From sequence record PX880099.1: a DNA stretch of 64,000 bases; one strand, written 5' to 3'. A program made the position numbers and the translations under genes. Below the pieces are notes generated by a model. That model ran no database searches, was not told where the DNA came from, and saw nothing but the letters and a program-made list of their open reading frames with translations. This document shows positions 52,158 to 61,216 of this stretch, one piece after another. How positions within the stretch are numbered: the first letter of the stretch is position 1; each line of letters begins with the position of its first letter. This DNA is from a phage.

Positions 52158-52648
52158 AAAACCTCCTCAATCTTGTAGTTTGACTCCATCTCCAACACAT
52201 TTCCACGAACGTCTCTCCGAAGAAAGGCATAAGCTTTATTAGGTATTGTAGACTCATATTTAACCATATCTGGCACAGCAAAAGATACTACTACTCCTGC
52301 TGGGCTTCTGTCAAGAGCCTTATTAATATTTCTAAGGATATCGTTAGCCAAGATTTCTGCCAATTCTCCAAGAACAGTTTCGGTTATATCTTTATATCCC
52401 ATTAAGTATTTGTTGATATCTTTCATCTCTGTATTGTTCAGAGTATAGTCCAAAGGATAGAAATTCAAAGCGGAGTCACTTTTATGTGTCCACATGAAAT
52501 GCACCCGATCCGAGCAGAATCGTAACCCTCTGTGAAGAATATCTTCTACAACAGGGAGAATTTCTTTTGTCACATCATTAACCATGTTGTAATCTAAGAT
52601 TTCTGCCAAGTTTGTTCTTTGTTCACCACGTTTACGTTTAGGAATCAC
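52136..52648 (-). CDS. hypothetical protein (GTG start)
   Basis: 170 aa ORF. Confidence 0.45.
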   Translation of the reverse strand: MIPKRKRGEQRTNLAEILDYNMVNDVTKEILPVVEDILHRGLRFCSDRVHFMWTHKSDSALNFYPLDYTLNNTEMKDINKYLMGYKDITETVLGELAEILANDILRNINKALDRSPAGVVVSFAVPDMVKYESTIPNKAYAFLRRDVRGNVLEMESNYKIEEVLWQSSDQ

Positions 52649-53219
52649 TTGTTATTGCCCTCATTACCAAAGGTCGTAGAAAATCGTAAATCTCTTGTTT
52701 TGTTTTCCCACGAATGTTTAAACAAGGAACATTATTGGCTTTAGCTATCTTCCAAGCCGTAGCTGTTCCACCTTTTGCATCTCCATGTTTATCAGTATTA
52801 GCACAAGCCAACAAGAAACATGATGGAGCAGGATTCTCCAAATCTCTACCTAACACTTGATGCACATTACGTTGGTGCAATTTTCTAGCACCCTGCTTAA
52901 GCTTTTCATAGGCTGGGTGAACATCTTTGATCCATTGCACAGAGATAGCATAGTTCATTGTATCTGGTTTTGCAAGAACAATAACATCCCCTGGAATCTG
53001 ATTACCTTTGAAATTTTCCCAAGGAACATAAATCTCCTTGTTAGTAGGATTTTCAGACTCTTGGACACCTGTTTCAAAAGCAGAATCACTACCCTCTGCC
53101 TTCCCAGACCTTAATTTAAACCCAAGGTTTGAAAGCCATTTCCCTATGCCTACCATCAAAGCCCACTCTTCTTCGGATATGTCTCTACTTCCAACTCCCG
53201 TATAGAACAGTTCTGCCAT
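52638..53219 (-). CDS. DprA/SLOG-like Rossmann-fold protein
   Basis: ATG (MAELFYTGVGSR) after GAGGTG; TGVGSRDIS and LRSGKAEGSDSAFETG resemble the DprA nucleotide-binding core. Confidence 0.4.
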   Translation of the reverse strand: MAELFYTGVGSRDISEEEWALMVGIGKWLSNLGFKLRSGKAEGSDSAFETGVQESENPTNKEIYVPWENFKGNQIPGDVIVLAKPDTMNYAISVQWIKDVHPAYEKLKQGARKLHQRNVHQVLGRDLENPAPSCFLLACANTDKHGDAKGGTATAWKIAKANNVPCLNIRGKTKQEIYDFLRPLVMRAITSDS

Positions 53220-53226
53220 AATCACC

Positions 53227-53535
53227 TCAACAAGTAATTTCAAAAGGTGTATAGGGTTCCGTATTTCTCATGATCCAAGGACTGCTAGGATTGCTCGGAT
53301 CATAAGGACCGAAAGGTTTTATGGTAGGTTGTGTTTCTTTCTTCTGAATCTCTTCAAAAATACGACGAAGTTCAGAATATTCTTGATCCACCATAAGATT
53401 CGGTGCATCTGATTCTACAGCTTGCAGGTTATTTTCCTTAAAAACAACCTCACGAACAAGATTAACATCCTCTGTTTCTAAGATAACTTCTTTACGGATA
53501 TTACCTACACTTTGAATAATTGTAATCTTATACAT
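53227..53535 (-). CDS. hypothetical protein
   Basis: 102 aa ORF, SD GAGGAGG. Confidence 0.5.
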   Translation of the reverse strand: MYKITIIQSVGNIRKEVILETEDVNLVREVVFKENNLQAVESDAPNLMVDQEYSELRRIFEEIQKKETQPTIKPFGPYDPSNPSSPWIMRNTEPYTPFEITC

Positions 53536-54278
53536 TAATCCTCCTCAAGAGTTGAATAAAATTGAAGACCACCGTCCATATCGAAATAAGCAAATGTTAA
53601 GTTATTATTGAACACAGATCCAGTATCCATATAAACACGATTCGCATTGATAATAGGTGTTTTTACATAAGAGTGTCCATGAAACACATAATCCACACCC
53701 ATCACAACAGGAAGTTTCATTCCCTCTTTAGCACAGTCTACCATGTCTCTGTCCCACATAAGTGCTTCAGCAAAACGGTTTTCCTGTGTTTTTGTCATCT
53801 TCAAAATGTATTCTGGAATATCTGTTACAGGGAGATATTCCAAAGAAGATGGATACCCACCATGAATAAACGCAAGTTTCATGCCTCTGTAGTTAACAAT
53901 GAGAACAACAGGTAAATCTTCTGTCATCATTGCTAAGGCTGTAGCTCCTTCTTCACCACATTCTTCAAGGACCGTATATCCTCCATTTTGATACCAACAC
54001 TCGAAGTAGCTACGATCTCCTTCCAGCATACCTTTAATCATCATATCTTCATGATTTCCACGAACAGCGTAGCGATTGTGTTTACGAGTAAATTCTAAAA
54101 CACAACGAAAGTTTTGCTTTCCACGGTCAGTAAGATCTCCTAAAGATACAACTACATCTGTATCTCGGATACCTAACTTTGCCTTTCCTTTTTCATACAA
54201 ATTATAACAACCGTGTAGATCTCCAATTATAAAAAGATCTTGATCGCTTTTAACAGTAATTTCTCTGTGTATGATCAC
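53535..54278 (-). CDS. Ser/Thr protein phosphatase (calcineurin-like metallophosphoesterase)
   Basis: GDLHG, GDLTDRG, GNHE motifs; GTG start after GAGGAGGA. Confidence 0.8.
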   Translation of the reverse strand: MIIHREITVKSDQDLFIIGDLHGCYNLYEKGKAKLGIRDTDVVVSLGDLTDRGKQNFRCVLEFTRKHNRYAVRGNHEDMMIKGMLEGDRSYFECWYQNGGYTVLEECGEEGATALAMMTEDLPVVLIVNYRGMKLAFIHGGYPSSLEYLPVTDIPEYILKMTKTQENRFAEALMWDRDMVDCAKEGMKLPVVMGVDYVFHGHSYVKTPIINANRVYMDTGSVFNNNLTFAYFDMDGGLQFYSTLEED

Positions 54279-54604
54279 TTATCCTCCTCAAAATCTAAGA
54301 AAATAAAAATATTTACCTTTCCTTCAATCTCTTGTTCTAAAACAAGATCGGCAAATTCTGCATAAGCTTTCTCTTCAACTTTTTCAATATGTTCTGCGGC
54401 ATCTTTAAAAGGTGTATCCCCATCCACCTTTACTAATAAGAAAAGAGATCGCATTTCGACGCTTTTACTGTTACGAGGAAGGAAATCTACAGCTTCAACA
54501 ATTCTCCAACCCAAATAGCCAGGGGTTTTATGAATCTCCCCTAAATACTTTTCTAAGATTTTACGACCCTCGTCGATAAGGGCTTGTTCTGTAGTAATTT
54601 CCAT
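54275..54604 (-). CDS. hypothetical protein
   Basis: 109 aa ORF, SD GAGGAGGAAGG. Confidence 0.5.
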   Translation of the reverse strand: MEITTEQALIDEGRKILEKYLGEIHKTPGYLGWRIVEAVDFLPRNSKSVEMRSLFLLVKVDGDTPFKDAAEHIEKVEEKAYAEFADLVLEQEIEGKVNIFIFLDFEEDK

Positions 54605-54614
54605 TCCTTCCTCC

Positions 54615-55205
54615 TCAAATTATTAACGAAACCGCATGACTAAATCTTGGTTCAGATATAACCTCTGCTACAGTCACATATGTATCGTGCAGCCAAAAAG
54701 ATTCTACTCTACAAACACAAATACCGTTGATAATGAAATCTACACAGGATTTATTATTTTCGCACACCTGTTGACTATAAACAACCCCTAAAGAGTCATA
54801 AAGTGATCTCACTGTTGCTATCATTTCATCTGTTTCGTCTTCCTGTGAAACAAAGAAAACGAATACAGACAAGTTATTAGCGAAAGTATTGCTATTCTCT
54901 ACTTCAACCGACTTACAAGGTAAAAAGGAGTAATATTTACCGCTAGGTATCAATTTCGCCTCAACCTGGTTAAGTATGCTTTGAGATGGTTTTGTTACAT
55001 AAAAAAGATTTTCTGTTGGGTTTTCAACATTACTCCTTACTATGCAACGAGTGGGGTTCGAAGGATCAAAAACATGATCGAAATCGACACACACAGGTAA
55101 GTTAACAACTTTAAACTTTTTGCTAAGAATGCTTACTGCTGTAAAAATCAAACCAGCATTTATTTTGCCAGTGAAAGTTGAACGCATAACTACTCCTCGG
55201 ATCAT
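54615..55205 (-). CDS. hypothetical protein
   Basis: 196 aa ORF, ATGA-coupled. Confidence 0.5.
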   Translation of the reverse strand: MIRGVVMRSTFTGKINAGLIFTAVSILSKKFKVVNLPVCVDFDHVFDPSNPTRCIVRSNVENPTENLFYVTKPSQSILNQVEAKLIPSGKYYSFLPCKSVEVENSNTFANNLSVFVFFVSQEDETDEMIATVRSLYDSLGVVYSQQVCENNKSCVDFIINGICVCRVESFWLHDTYVTVAEVISEPRFSHAVSLII

Positions 55206-55396
55206 TCTACCAAAGAGAATTCCGCCTCTTCCAGGTAGATTACAGACCTTGTTGCATGATATTTAACGCTCCAGAAATTACCTTCGCGCCGTAAAAGTAT
55301 CTCATTCACATCAAGATTGCTTAGAAAAACCATATAACTTAAAGCTTGTTGACGCGTTGAGAATTGTTTCTCTAAAAGTTCTTCTCCGCTCTGCAT
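55202..55396 (-). CDS. hypothetical protein
   Basis: 64 aa ORF, SD AAGGAGGG. Confidence 0.5.
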   Translation of the reverse strand: MQSGEELLEKQFSTRQQALSYMVFLSNLDVNEILLRREGNFWSVKYHATRSVIYLEEAEFSLVE

Positions 55397-55407
55397 AATC
55401 CCTCCTT

Positions 55408-55434
55408 AAAATACTCCCTCCGAAAAGGGAGTAT
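55408..55434 (-). terminator. terminator-like hairpin
   Basis: ATACTCCC-N8-GGGAGTAT; followed on minus strand by ATTTTAAGG. Confidence 0.4.
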
Positions 55435-55441
55435 AAGTATA

Positions 55442-55645
55442 TCACGTAGTTGTTATGTTGTCTTCTTGGATACTAGAATCCACTTCTGCAAACATATCTT
55501 CTGCACTGTAATTATTTCCAGTCCAGCGTGATAAAAGGACAGCACCAATCTCTTTTGCATGAGATTCGGACTCCGCATAAACGTTAGTCCCAGTGTCACC
55601 TTTTTTCTTTTCATGTGCATAAATGCAGTAATAATTGTAAGCCAT
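55442..55645 (-). CDS. hypothetical protein
   Basis: 67 aa ORF. Confidence 0.5.
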   Translation of the reverse strand: MAYNYYCIYAHEKKKGDTGTNVYAESESHAKEIGAVLLSRWTGNNYSAEDMFAEVDSSIQEDNITTT

Positions 55646-55881
55646 TAGTCTTCCCAGTCATTGTCCTCGGTAGAGTGAACCAAAGCTCGCACGATACCAC
55701 CGTAATCTACTGCCTGATTTGCAGCATGTTCGGCATAAACTTCAATGGCTTTTTTGAAGAAAAGAGCAGTAGCTGCTTCAATATTATCCATTTCGCCATC
55801 TACATCAGTAGAAAGTGAAAGGTTGAGGCTTTCATCTACTTCATCAAAATCAATAGCCACTGTCATAATTAGTTTACCCAT
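55645..55881 (-). CDS. hypothetical acidic protein
   Basis: 78 aa ORF, SD AAGGAGTG. Confidence 0.5.
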   Translation of the reverse strand: MGKLIMTVAIDFDEVDESLNLSLSTDVDGEMDNIEAATALFFKKAIEVYAEHAANQAVDYGGIVRALVHSTEDNDWED

Positions 55882-55893
55882 AGTTCACACTCC

Positions 55894-56403
55894 TTAAACA
55901 AAATAAAATGGTTGAGAGAGGCCCAAACGATTCTTTGGGTCGTATACATACCAAGCGTATGCTGTCTTATCTGTTCCACCTGCAACAAACGAAGGCCGTT
56001 CTGAAAGGACTATAAGGTTCGTTGGTGGATTCTTTTGATGGAACTCTCGTCGTTTCTTTGACTCCAAGAAGCCCAACCGAAGAAGATAAATACAAACATC
56101 CGCCTCTTTTAAGCTCTTTTCCAAGAACTCCATTGCTAACTTGAATGGAGGATTTGTGATTATAATGTCGGGACGATTTTCCCATTCATGACTAAAATAA
56201 TCTTTACCTTCTTCAAGTTCACAATATTCTGAACCTTCAGGAAAATGGCGATAAATCGCTTCAGCTTCACCTCTACAAGGTTCTGCAAAAACCCAACCTT
56301 CTTCCTTTAGATTTTTGAAATCTATAACACTAAACAAACTATTGATTGCTTTTTGCGGTGTCGGATAATAATCGCTCGTTGGGCGATCATAATCTAATGC
56401 CAT
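55894..56403 (-). CDS. small SAM-dependent methyltransferase-like protein with NPPF motif (candidate N6-adenine or N4-cytosine DNA MTase)
   Basis: 169 aa; IIITNPPF catalytic-type motif; SD AGAGGAGA. Confidence 0.45.
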   Translation of the reverse strand: MALDYDRPTSDYYPTPQKAINSLFSVIDFKNLKEEGWVFAEPCRGEAEAIYRHFPEGSEYCELEEGKDYFSHEWENRPDIIITNPPFKLAMEFLEKSLKEADVCIYLLRLGFLESKKRREFHQKNPPTNLIVLSERPSFVAGGTDKTAYAWYVYDPKNRLGLSQPFYFV

Positions 56404-56821
56404 CTAAAATCTCCTCTTTTGTAATATTATCCAACTCTTTAAAGGATGAAATCTCATTTAATAATCCTATTTGATCAGCCTCTAGAGGATAAGTGTTTTT
56501 ATCTGTTTTTCTAGACAGAATATCTTCAACAAACTTATCAATAGCCAAAGAAGAATCATAAAATTTTAAAAGTTGGTAATCCATAGGAGATATTTTGTCA
56601 TCTCTTAGAAATATTTCTAACATGTTTTCAGGAGTATCGTGGTTTAGTTTATGTTCACCAAAAATATTAACTTCGTAAACATCTTTGCCAAACCAACGTT
56701 TTTTCTTTTCAACAGTATAGGTTTTTGCCACCAGACCATCTAAACAGTTTCTTGCCCTCTTACATGTTTGACGGTAAGAGTGGATAGCGCCTTCAACAAA
56801 CTTAGCAGGAACTTGTAACAT
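56387..56821 (-). CDS. hypothetical protein
   Basis: 144 aa ORF, SD TAGGAGA. Confidence 0.5.
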   Translation of the reverse strand: MLQVPAKFVEGAIHSYRQTCKRARNCLDGLVAKTYTVEKKKRWFGKDVYEVNIFGEHKLNHDTPENMLEIFLRDDKISPMDYQLLKFYDSSLAIDKFVEDILSRKTDKNTYPLEADQIGLLNEISSFKELDNITKEEILDGIRL

Positions 56822-56837
56822 TATTAATCTCCTATGT

Positions 56838-56861
56838 TTAAGAAATGCCCCCGAAGGGGCA
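56838..56861 (-). terminator. terminator hairpin GCCCC-TTCG-GGGGC (minus strand)
   Basis: Followed on minus strand by TTTCTTAAA. Confidence 0.5.
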
Positions 56862-56866
56862 GTTTG

Positions 56867-57559
56867 TTAAATAGCGGTTCCTTCGAAATCCGCCACATTT
56901 ACGAGATTAATATTTTCAGATTTAGAAGTCAAGTTGTTTTCTGCAACAGATTTTTCTTCAGTATCCGCCTCGTTACCTGCCACGTTACGAGGTTCTTCTT
57001 CACCGTAGGGATTACCGAATTTCAAAAGATTGATTAATTCTTCTTTGGAGAAGTTTTCTAAATCATCGTCTGTTAATTCAATAATCTCGTCTTGTTCTTC
57101 AATAAATGTTTCACCACCAGAAAAAGCATCTCGCTTTTTAGCTACTTCCATAGCCTGTTCTGGTGTTGCCCCTGCATCAAGAGCAGCTAAAGCAAAGTCT
57201 GACCCACTCCCCACTGCATAATATTCTTCATCAATCGGATATGCACGTGTTGGGTTGTTACCTTCGTGCAGGAAAATACGTCCGTCTGGATGAACAACAA
57301 GTGCAATAAACTCTTCATCTTCTTTGTCTGGATCAGAATGAATCATCAAACCAGGGACAGCATCGCGTGCTGCTTCGCACTGTAGATTTTGTTCAAACCA
57401 TTGAAAGAAAGAAAGCACGGAGGTCAGACGACCAGCACCACCTACAAGGTAATCTCCAATTTTTCGGACCTTTTTGAAATTAATAGAATCTACACGTCCA
57501 CCAAAAGTTACCTTACCATCACTCAAAATCTTATTTTTGGTTGCAATAATTGTCGTCAC
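56867..57559 (-). CDS. HslV/proteasome-beta-like Ntn hydrolase with acidic C-terminal extension
   Basis: N-terminus M-TTIIATKNKI (Thr right after initiator), KVRKIG, GGAGR, VGSGSDFALAA pattern; GTG start after GAGGAGG. Confidence 0.55.
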   Translation of the reverse strand: MTTIIATKNKILSDGKVTFGGRVDSINFKKVRKIGDYLVGGAGRLTSVLSFFQWFEQNLQCEAARDAVPGLMIHSDPDKEDEEFIALVVHPDGRIFLHEGNNPTRAYPIDEEYYAVGSGSDFALAALDAGATPEQAMEVAKKRDAFSGGETFIEEQDEIIELTDDDLENFSKEELINLLKFGNPYGEEEPRNVAGNEADTEEKSVAENNLTSKSENINLVNVADFEGTAI

Positions 57560-58059
57560 TATTCTTCCTCCTCTGTTAATGTTTTAAGAACCGCTTTCCC
57601 GCCATTCACATATTTGCAGATGTATTCTATCGCACGTAGTGTCTCTTTGTCAACAAAAATTTGATCAGACGTTGCGAGCGGGTTATTAAGAAGATCACTG
57701 CAATCACGAACAAGCAGTGCTTTCTTATTAAACAAATTACTTAAGAACAGTAACTTCGCCTCTTCTTCTGTTATATGCAGAAGGCTAGGATCGGAGCCAG
57801 CTATTCCTATTATACAATCAAACAAGCTTTCTTTACTATCAGAAAGTTCTTGAAAATGGTTTAAAAGCCAATCTTCTCCTAGACACCAACATTTAAACAT
57901 TTCCAGTTTATCTCGGAGGGTCATATTCTCTAAAGTAAGAGCAATCTCTTTTTCAATATGGTTTACACAAATTTGACGAAATTCGTTAGGTTTTACGAGT
58001 CCCGTTTGATAGCACTCATCTATACCGCTTCTTCCGATAGCTATTGTTGCTACACCCAT
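57559..58059 (-). CDS. hypothetical protein
   Basis: ATG (MGVATIA) after AAGGAGG; track start is TTG. Confidence 0.5.
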   Translation of the reverse strand: MGVATIAIGRSGIDECYQTGLVKPNEFRQICVNHIEKEIALTLENMTLRDKLEMFKCWCLGEDWLLNHFQELSDSKESLFDCIIGIAGSDPSLLHITEEEAKLLFLSNLFNKKALLVRDCSDLLNNPLATSDQIFVDKETLRAIEYICKYVNGGKAVLKTLTEEEE

Positions 58060-58094
58060 CAATCCTCCTTATAAATGGCTTCCCTGCCATGTTA

Positions 58095-58853
58095 TTAAAT
58101 AAACACTTCAGTAATCAGTTTAGACAAACGTCCACGTTTATTATCGTCCGTTGTCAGTTCAACGTATCCAATAAAATCTACAATTGGCTCACGAACACCT
58201 TCTTCATTTTCTGGATACAAAAGTTCCAAAATTTGATGCAGACCATTGCTACGTTTTTTAATTGCATATGTCTGGCGAACATCGCCTAATACAATAACAT
58301 GCGTATTAATACCTGCACGTTCAATAAGAAGTTTAAGTGTTTCTGTTGACATAAGTTGTGCTTCGTCAATAATGACGATTGTATTATCCAGGGTAGCCCC
58401 CAACAAATAGTTAGGAATATTCAATTCGATCTTACCTGATCCAATATCGTTTTCCAATTTGTTGGCTGTCATGAATTGCTGGAAAATACGTTTTGTAGAT
58501 TCATAGTGTGCTGCTAGTTTATCTGTTTTATCCCCAGACAAGAAACCAATCTGGTCATCTCCGACTTCAGTAGGGTTCTTAATAAAAAGTAGTTTACGGA
58601 AGTCTCCTGAACGAAGCATCTGCAAAGCTTTCCATAAAGCAACAGAGGTTTTACCAGTCCCTGCCGGAGCATTTACAACAGTCAGATCATTCCAAATCAT
58701 ACTTTGAACAATCTTATTTTGGTCCCCTTCAGGCATAAATTCATCTAAACGGTAATCGTCATTACCTACCGCTTTTGCTGCATAACGGCTTTCAATCTTT
58801 GCTGAATTAGCCAGTTTCTGCCGTTGTGTTTTAGCTGCGGTTTTATTTCCCAT
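58095..58853 (-). CDS. phoH: PhoH-like ATPase
   Basis: APAGTGKTSVAL Walker A, IVIIDEAQLMS Walker B; ATG (MGNKTAA) after AAGGAG; track N-terminal extension overlaps a terminator hairpin. Confidence 0.8.
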   Translation of the reverse strand: MGNKTAAKTQRQKLANSAKIESRYAAKAVGNDDYRLDEFMPEGDQNKIVQSMIWNDLTVVNAPAGTGKTSVALWKALQMLRSGDFRKLLFIKNPTEVGDDQIGFLSGDKTDKLAAHYESTKRIFQQFMTANKLENDIGSGKIELNIPNYLLGATLDNTIVIIDEAQLMSTETLKLLIERAGINTHVIVLGDVRQTYAIKKRSNGLHQILELLYPENEEGVREPIVDFIGYVELTTDDNKRGRLSKLITEVFI

Positions 58854-58867
58854 AGTAGCACTCCTTT

Positions 58868-58886
58868 TAGAAGGGGCCGAAGCCCC
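58868..58886 (-). terminator. hairpin GGGGC-CGAA-GCCCC downstream of lysozyme gene
   Basis: Identical stem-loop to 46759-46781. Confidence 0.45.
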
Positions 58887-58890
58887 TTTA

Positions 58891-59391
58891 TTAGTTGTAA
58901 GCATCTAAAGTTCCAGAAGTCAGAACTTTAATTACTCGTTCAGCACGGTTTGGCGTCTGGCTATACCATCGGCTTTTACGCATGTTTTTACCTGCTTGAG
59001 TATAATATGCATTGCTGATTAAAGTCAAGCTATTTTGAAACCCTTCAGCACCTTTTAACCCCAACTGGAAAACCATGTTGATTATTCCCAATTTACGAGT
59101 ATCACTAACCTTATCATAGATTGGTGATAAGATAGTACTGTTTTTTATGTCTCTCTTCACTTTTGCAACATCGTCAGCAAAGATTTGACGGGCTTCTTTT
59201 TCTGTGATAACTCCATTAGTCTTACGACCAAGAAGATTATCTAAGATTTGAATAGCCTTTGCTTTATCTTTTATTTTAGTCAGAAGGTGTCCTATGCCGA
59301 CTGTCCAATAACCAAGATGGTCTTGATAAACAGTAAGCTTCAGTCCTTCATCGACTCGTAGCATATCAAACTCATCTACTACTTTAGCCAT
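58891..59391 (-). CDS. T4-type lysozyme (endolysin, GH24-like)
   Basis: LRVDEGLKLTVYQDHLGYWTVGIGHLLTK, INMVFQLG, KSRWYSQTPNRAERV closely parallel T4 lysozyme. Confidence 0.85.
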   Translation of the reverse strand: MAKVVDEFDMLRVDEGLKLTVYQDHLGYWTVGIGHLLTKIKDKAKAIQILDNLLGRKTNGVITEKEARQIFADDVAKVKRDIKNSTILSPIYDKVSDTRKLGIINMVFQLGLKGAEGFQNSLTLISNAYYTQAGKNMRKSRWYSQTPNRAERVIKVLTSGTLDAYN

Positions 59392-59398
59392 TTACTTC

Positions 59399-59548
59399 CT
59401 ATTCGTCGTCTCCTACTCCGTGATCCAACTCGTTAAACAACAGATGTTCTGGAGAAGTTTCACGTTTTGGTTTCGTTTTCTTTATGTTGGACTTCAGCTC
59501 ATTTGCCAAAGCACGAGAAAAGATCTTACGTTTCTGTTTACTTTTCAT
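59399..59548 (-). CDS. small basic protein (49 aa)
   Basis: Hand-translated MKSKQKRKIFSRALANELKS..., SD GGAGTAA. Confidence 0.4.
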   Translation of the reverse strand: MKSKQKRKIFSRALANELKSNIKKTKPKRETSPEHLLFNELDHGVGDDE

Positions 59549-59553
59549 AATTG

Positions 59554-59814
59554 TTACTCCGCAATTTGAGCCATGAGATCACGCAGTTCGGTAAAACCGC
59601 CTACGTATGTTACCTCCCCGTTCACTTCAGACAGAATTTGTGGAAATGTGCGTGGAGGAACTCCGGTAAGATCAACAACTGTTTTAGTCATTGATTCTAA
59701 ATCATAGTCTTGGTCAAGACTTAAATATTCAAACTGTTTATTGCGCATAGTCAATAGTTGTTTTGACATTTCACAAAATTGACAGTTAGGTTTACCAAAA
59801 ATTACAAATTCCAT
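59554..59814 (-). CDS. nrdC: glutaredoxin-like protein (NrdC-type)
   Basis: 86 aa; CQFC active-site CxxC, GGF..LR C-terminal region. Confidence 0.7.
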   Translation of the reverse strand: MEFVIFGKPNCQFCEMSKQLLTMRNKQFEYLSLDQDYDLESMTKTVVDLTGVPPRTFPQILSEVNGEVTYVGGFTELRDLMAQIAE

Positions 59815-60656
59815 TACCTCTCCTTATTAAGTAATACTGCTAAAGACTGTTCAATACCTTTATTTAAATCTGATTTTGTAAGATAGTGACTGGTTACTAG
59901 TTGTGACTTCACCGGACGTGCTGCTGGAGCATTATAGGTTGAAGCTGATACCGCCGATATCTTAACAGGTTCTGGCATCTGTGTCAAGATCTTTTCCGCA
60001 AACTCCGCCCAAGAAATAAGATGGCTTCCTGCAAAATGGTAAGTCTTAACAGACCTTGACCAACCTGTTTTTAATACTTCAAAAATAGCTTCTGCTAAAT
60101 CTGGAGCATATGTTGGACAAGAGAACTGATCAGCAACAATAATAAAATCACGTTGTCCATCATTATAGCGAGACAACATGGTTTTTAGAAAGTTATTTCC
60201 AAATTCGCTATATACCGAGGCTGTTCGAATAATATATGCATTTGGGTTAACTCCTCGCACCATTTTTTCACCAAGTTCTTTCGTATACCCATAATTGTTT
60301 ATTGGGTTAGGTGTAGTATCTTCAAAAATAGGATGAGAATAATTAAAAATATAGTCTGTGGAAATATGCACAAAATCAATTTTAAGTTTGCTGCACACTG
60401 CCGCAATATTTGCAGGGCCATAAGCATTAACAGCCAAAGCAGTAGCAAAATCTTGTTCGGCTTTATCTACAGCCGTATAAGCGGCGCAATTAATAACACC
60501 ATCTACATAATCTTCAATAATAGCGTTTCGCACAGCTTCAAAATTTGTAATATCTACACGTTCTTTAGGATAAATTAAAGATACATTTGCAGGGGCAACT
60601 TTACGTAAAGCTTGTCCCAGTTGTCCATTACCACCCAATACCAAATATGTTAGCAT
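59814..60656 (-). CDS. rmlD: dTDP-4-dehydrorhamnose reductase
   Basis: LVLGGNGQLG Rossmann N-terminus, overall RfbD/RmlD pattern; last gene of the four-gene operon. Confidence 0.85.
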   Translation of the reverse strand: MLTYLVLGGNGQLGQALRKVAPANVSLIYPKERVDITNFEAVRNAIIEDYVDGVINCAAYTAVDKAEQDFATALAVNAYGPANIAAVCSKLKIDFVHISTDYIFNYSHPIFEDTTPNPINNYGYTKELGEKMVRGVNPNAYIIRTASVYSEFGNNFLKTMLSRYNDGQRDFIIVADQFSCPTYAPDLAEAIFEVLKTGWSRSVKTYHFAGSHLISWAEFAEKILTQMPEPVKISAVSASTYNAPAARPVKSQLVTSHYLTKSDLNKGIEQSLAVLLNKER

Positions 60657-61216
60657 ACACCCTCGCTACGTAACTGTTGAAAAGATTTAGCCATTGCATC
60701 TTTTGTTGATAGGATAGGTTTAAAACCTTCATCAAAAATCATATCGAAGCCCCAATCGATCCCTATATCAGGATCATCCCAACGTAAACTTTGTTCACTA
60801 GAAGGGTCGTATGGAGTTGTGCATTTGTATTCAAAGATAGCATCCATACTCAAAACTATAAAACCATGTGCCAAACCAGGTGGAAGCCAAAACTGCGTAT
60901 GGTGTCGTGCACGAAGAACAACACCGTCCCAAGCACCGTAAGTAGGACTATCTTTACGTAAGTCTACAGCGAAATCCAATACTTCACCACTTACACAACG
61001 AACAAGCTTACCTTGCGGATTATTTGTTTGAAAGTGCATTCCTCGCAAAACACCGAAGTTTGATTTAGACATGTTATCTTGAACGAAAGTTTGTCTACCA
61101 ATAATATCTTCGTATTTTTGTTCATTATATGTTTCTAAAAAGAAACCACGGTCATCTTTATAAACGTCTGGTTTGATAATTACCGCACCTTCAATTTTTG
61201 TTTTTTCTACTTTCAT
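60650..61216 (-). CDS. rmlC: dTDP-4-dehydrorhamnose 3,5-epimerase
   Basis: ATG ([10 protein letters not shown]) after GGAGGGAAA; [24 protein letters not shown] cupin motifs. Confidence 0.85.
   Translation of the reverse strand: MKVEKTKIEGAVIIKPDVYKDDRGFFLETYNEQKYEDIIGRQTFVQDNMSKSNFGVLRGMHFQTNNPQGKLVRCVSGEVLDFAVDLRKDSPTYGAWDGVVLRARHHTQFWLPPGLAHGFIVLSMDAIFEYKCTTPYDPSSEQSLRWDDPDIGIDWGFDMIFDEGFKPILSTKDAMAKSFQQLRSEGVC

Noticed and set aside
58854-58904. Longer PhoH start (MLTTNKGASAPSK...)
   Set aside because: This extension overlaps the GGGGC-CGAA-GCCCC terminator hairpin; the downstream ATG has a canonical AAGGAG.
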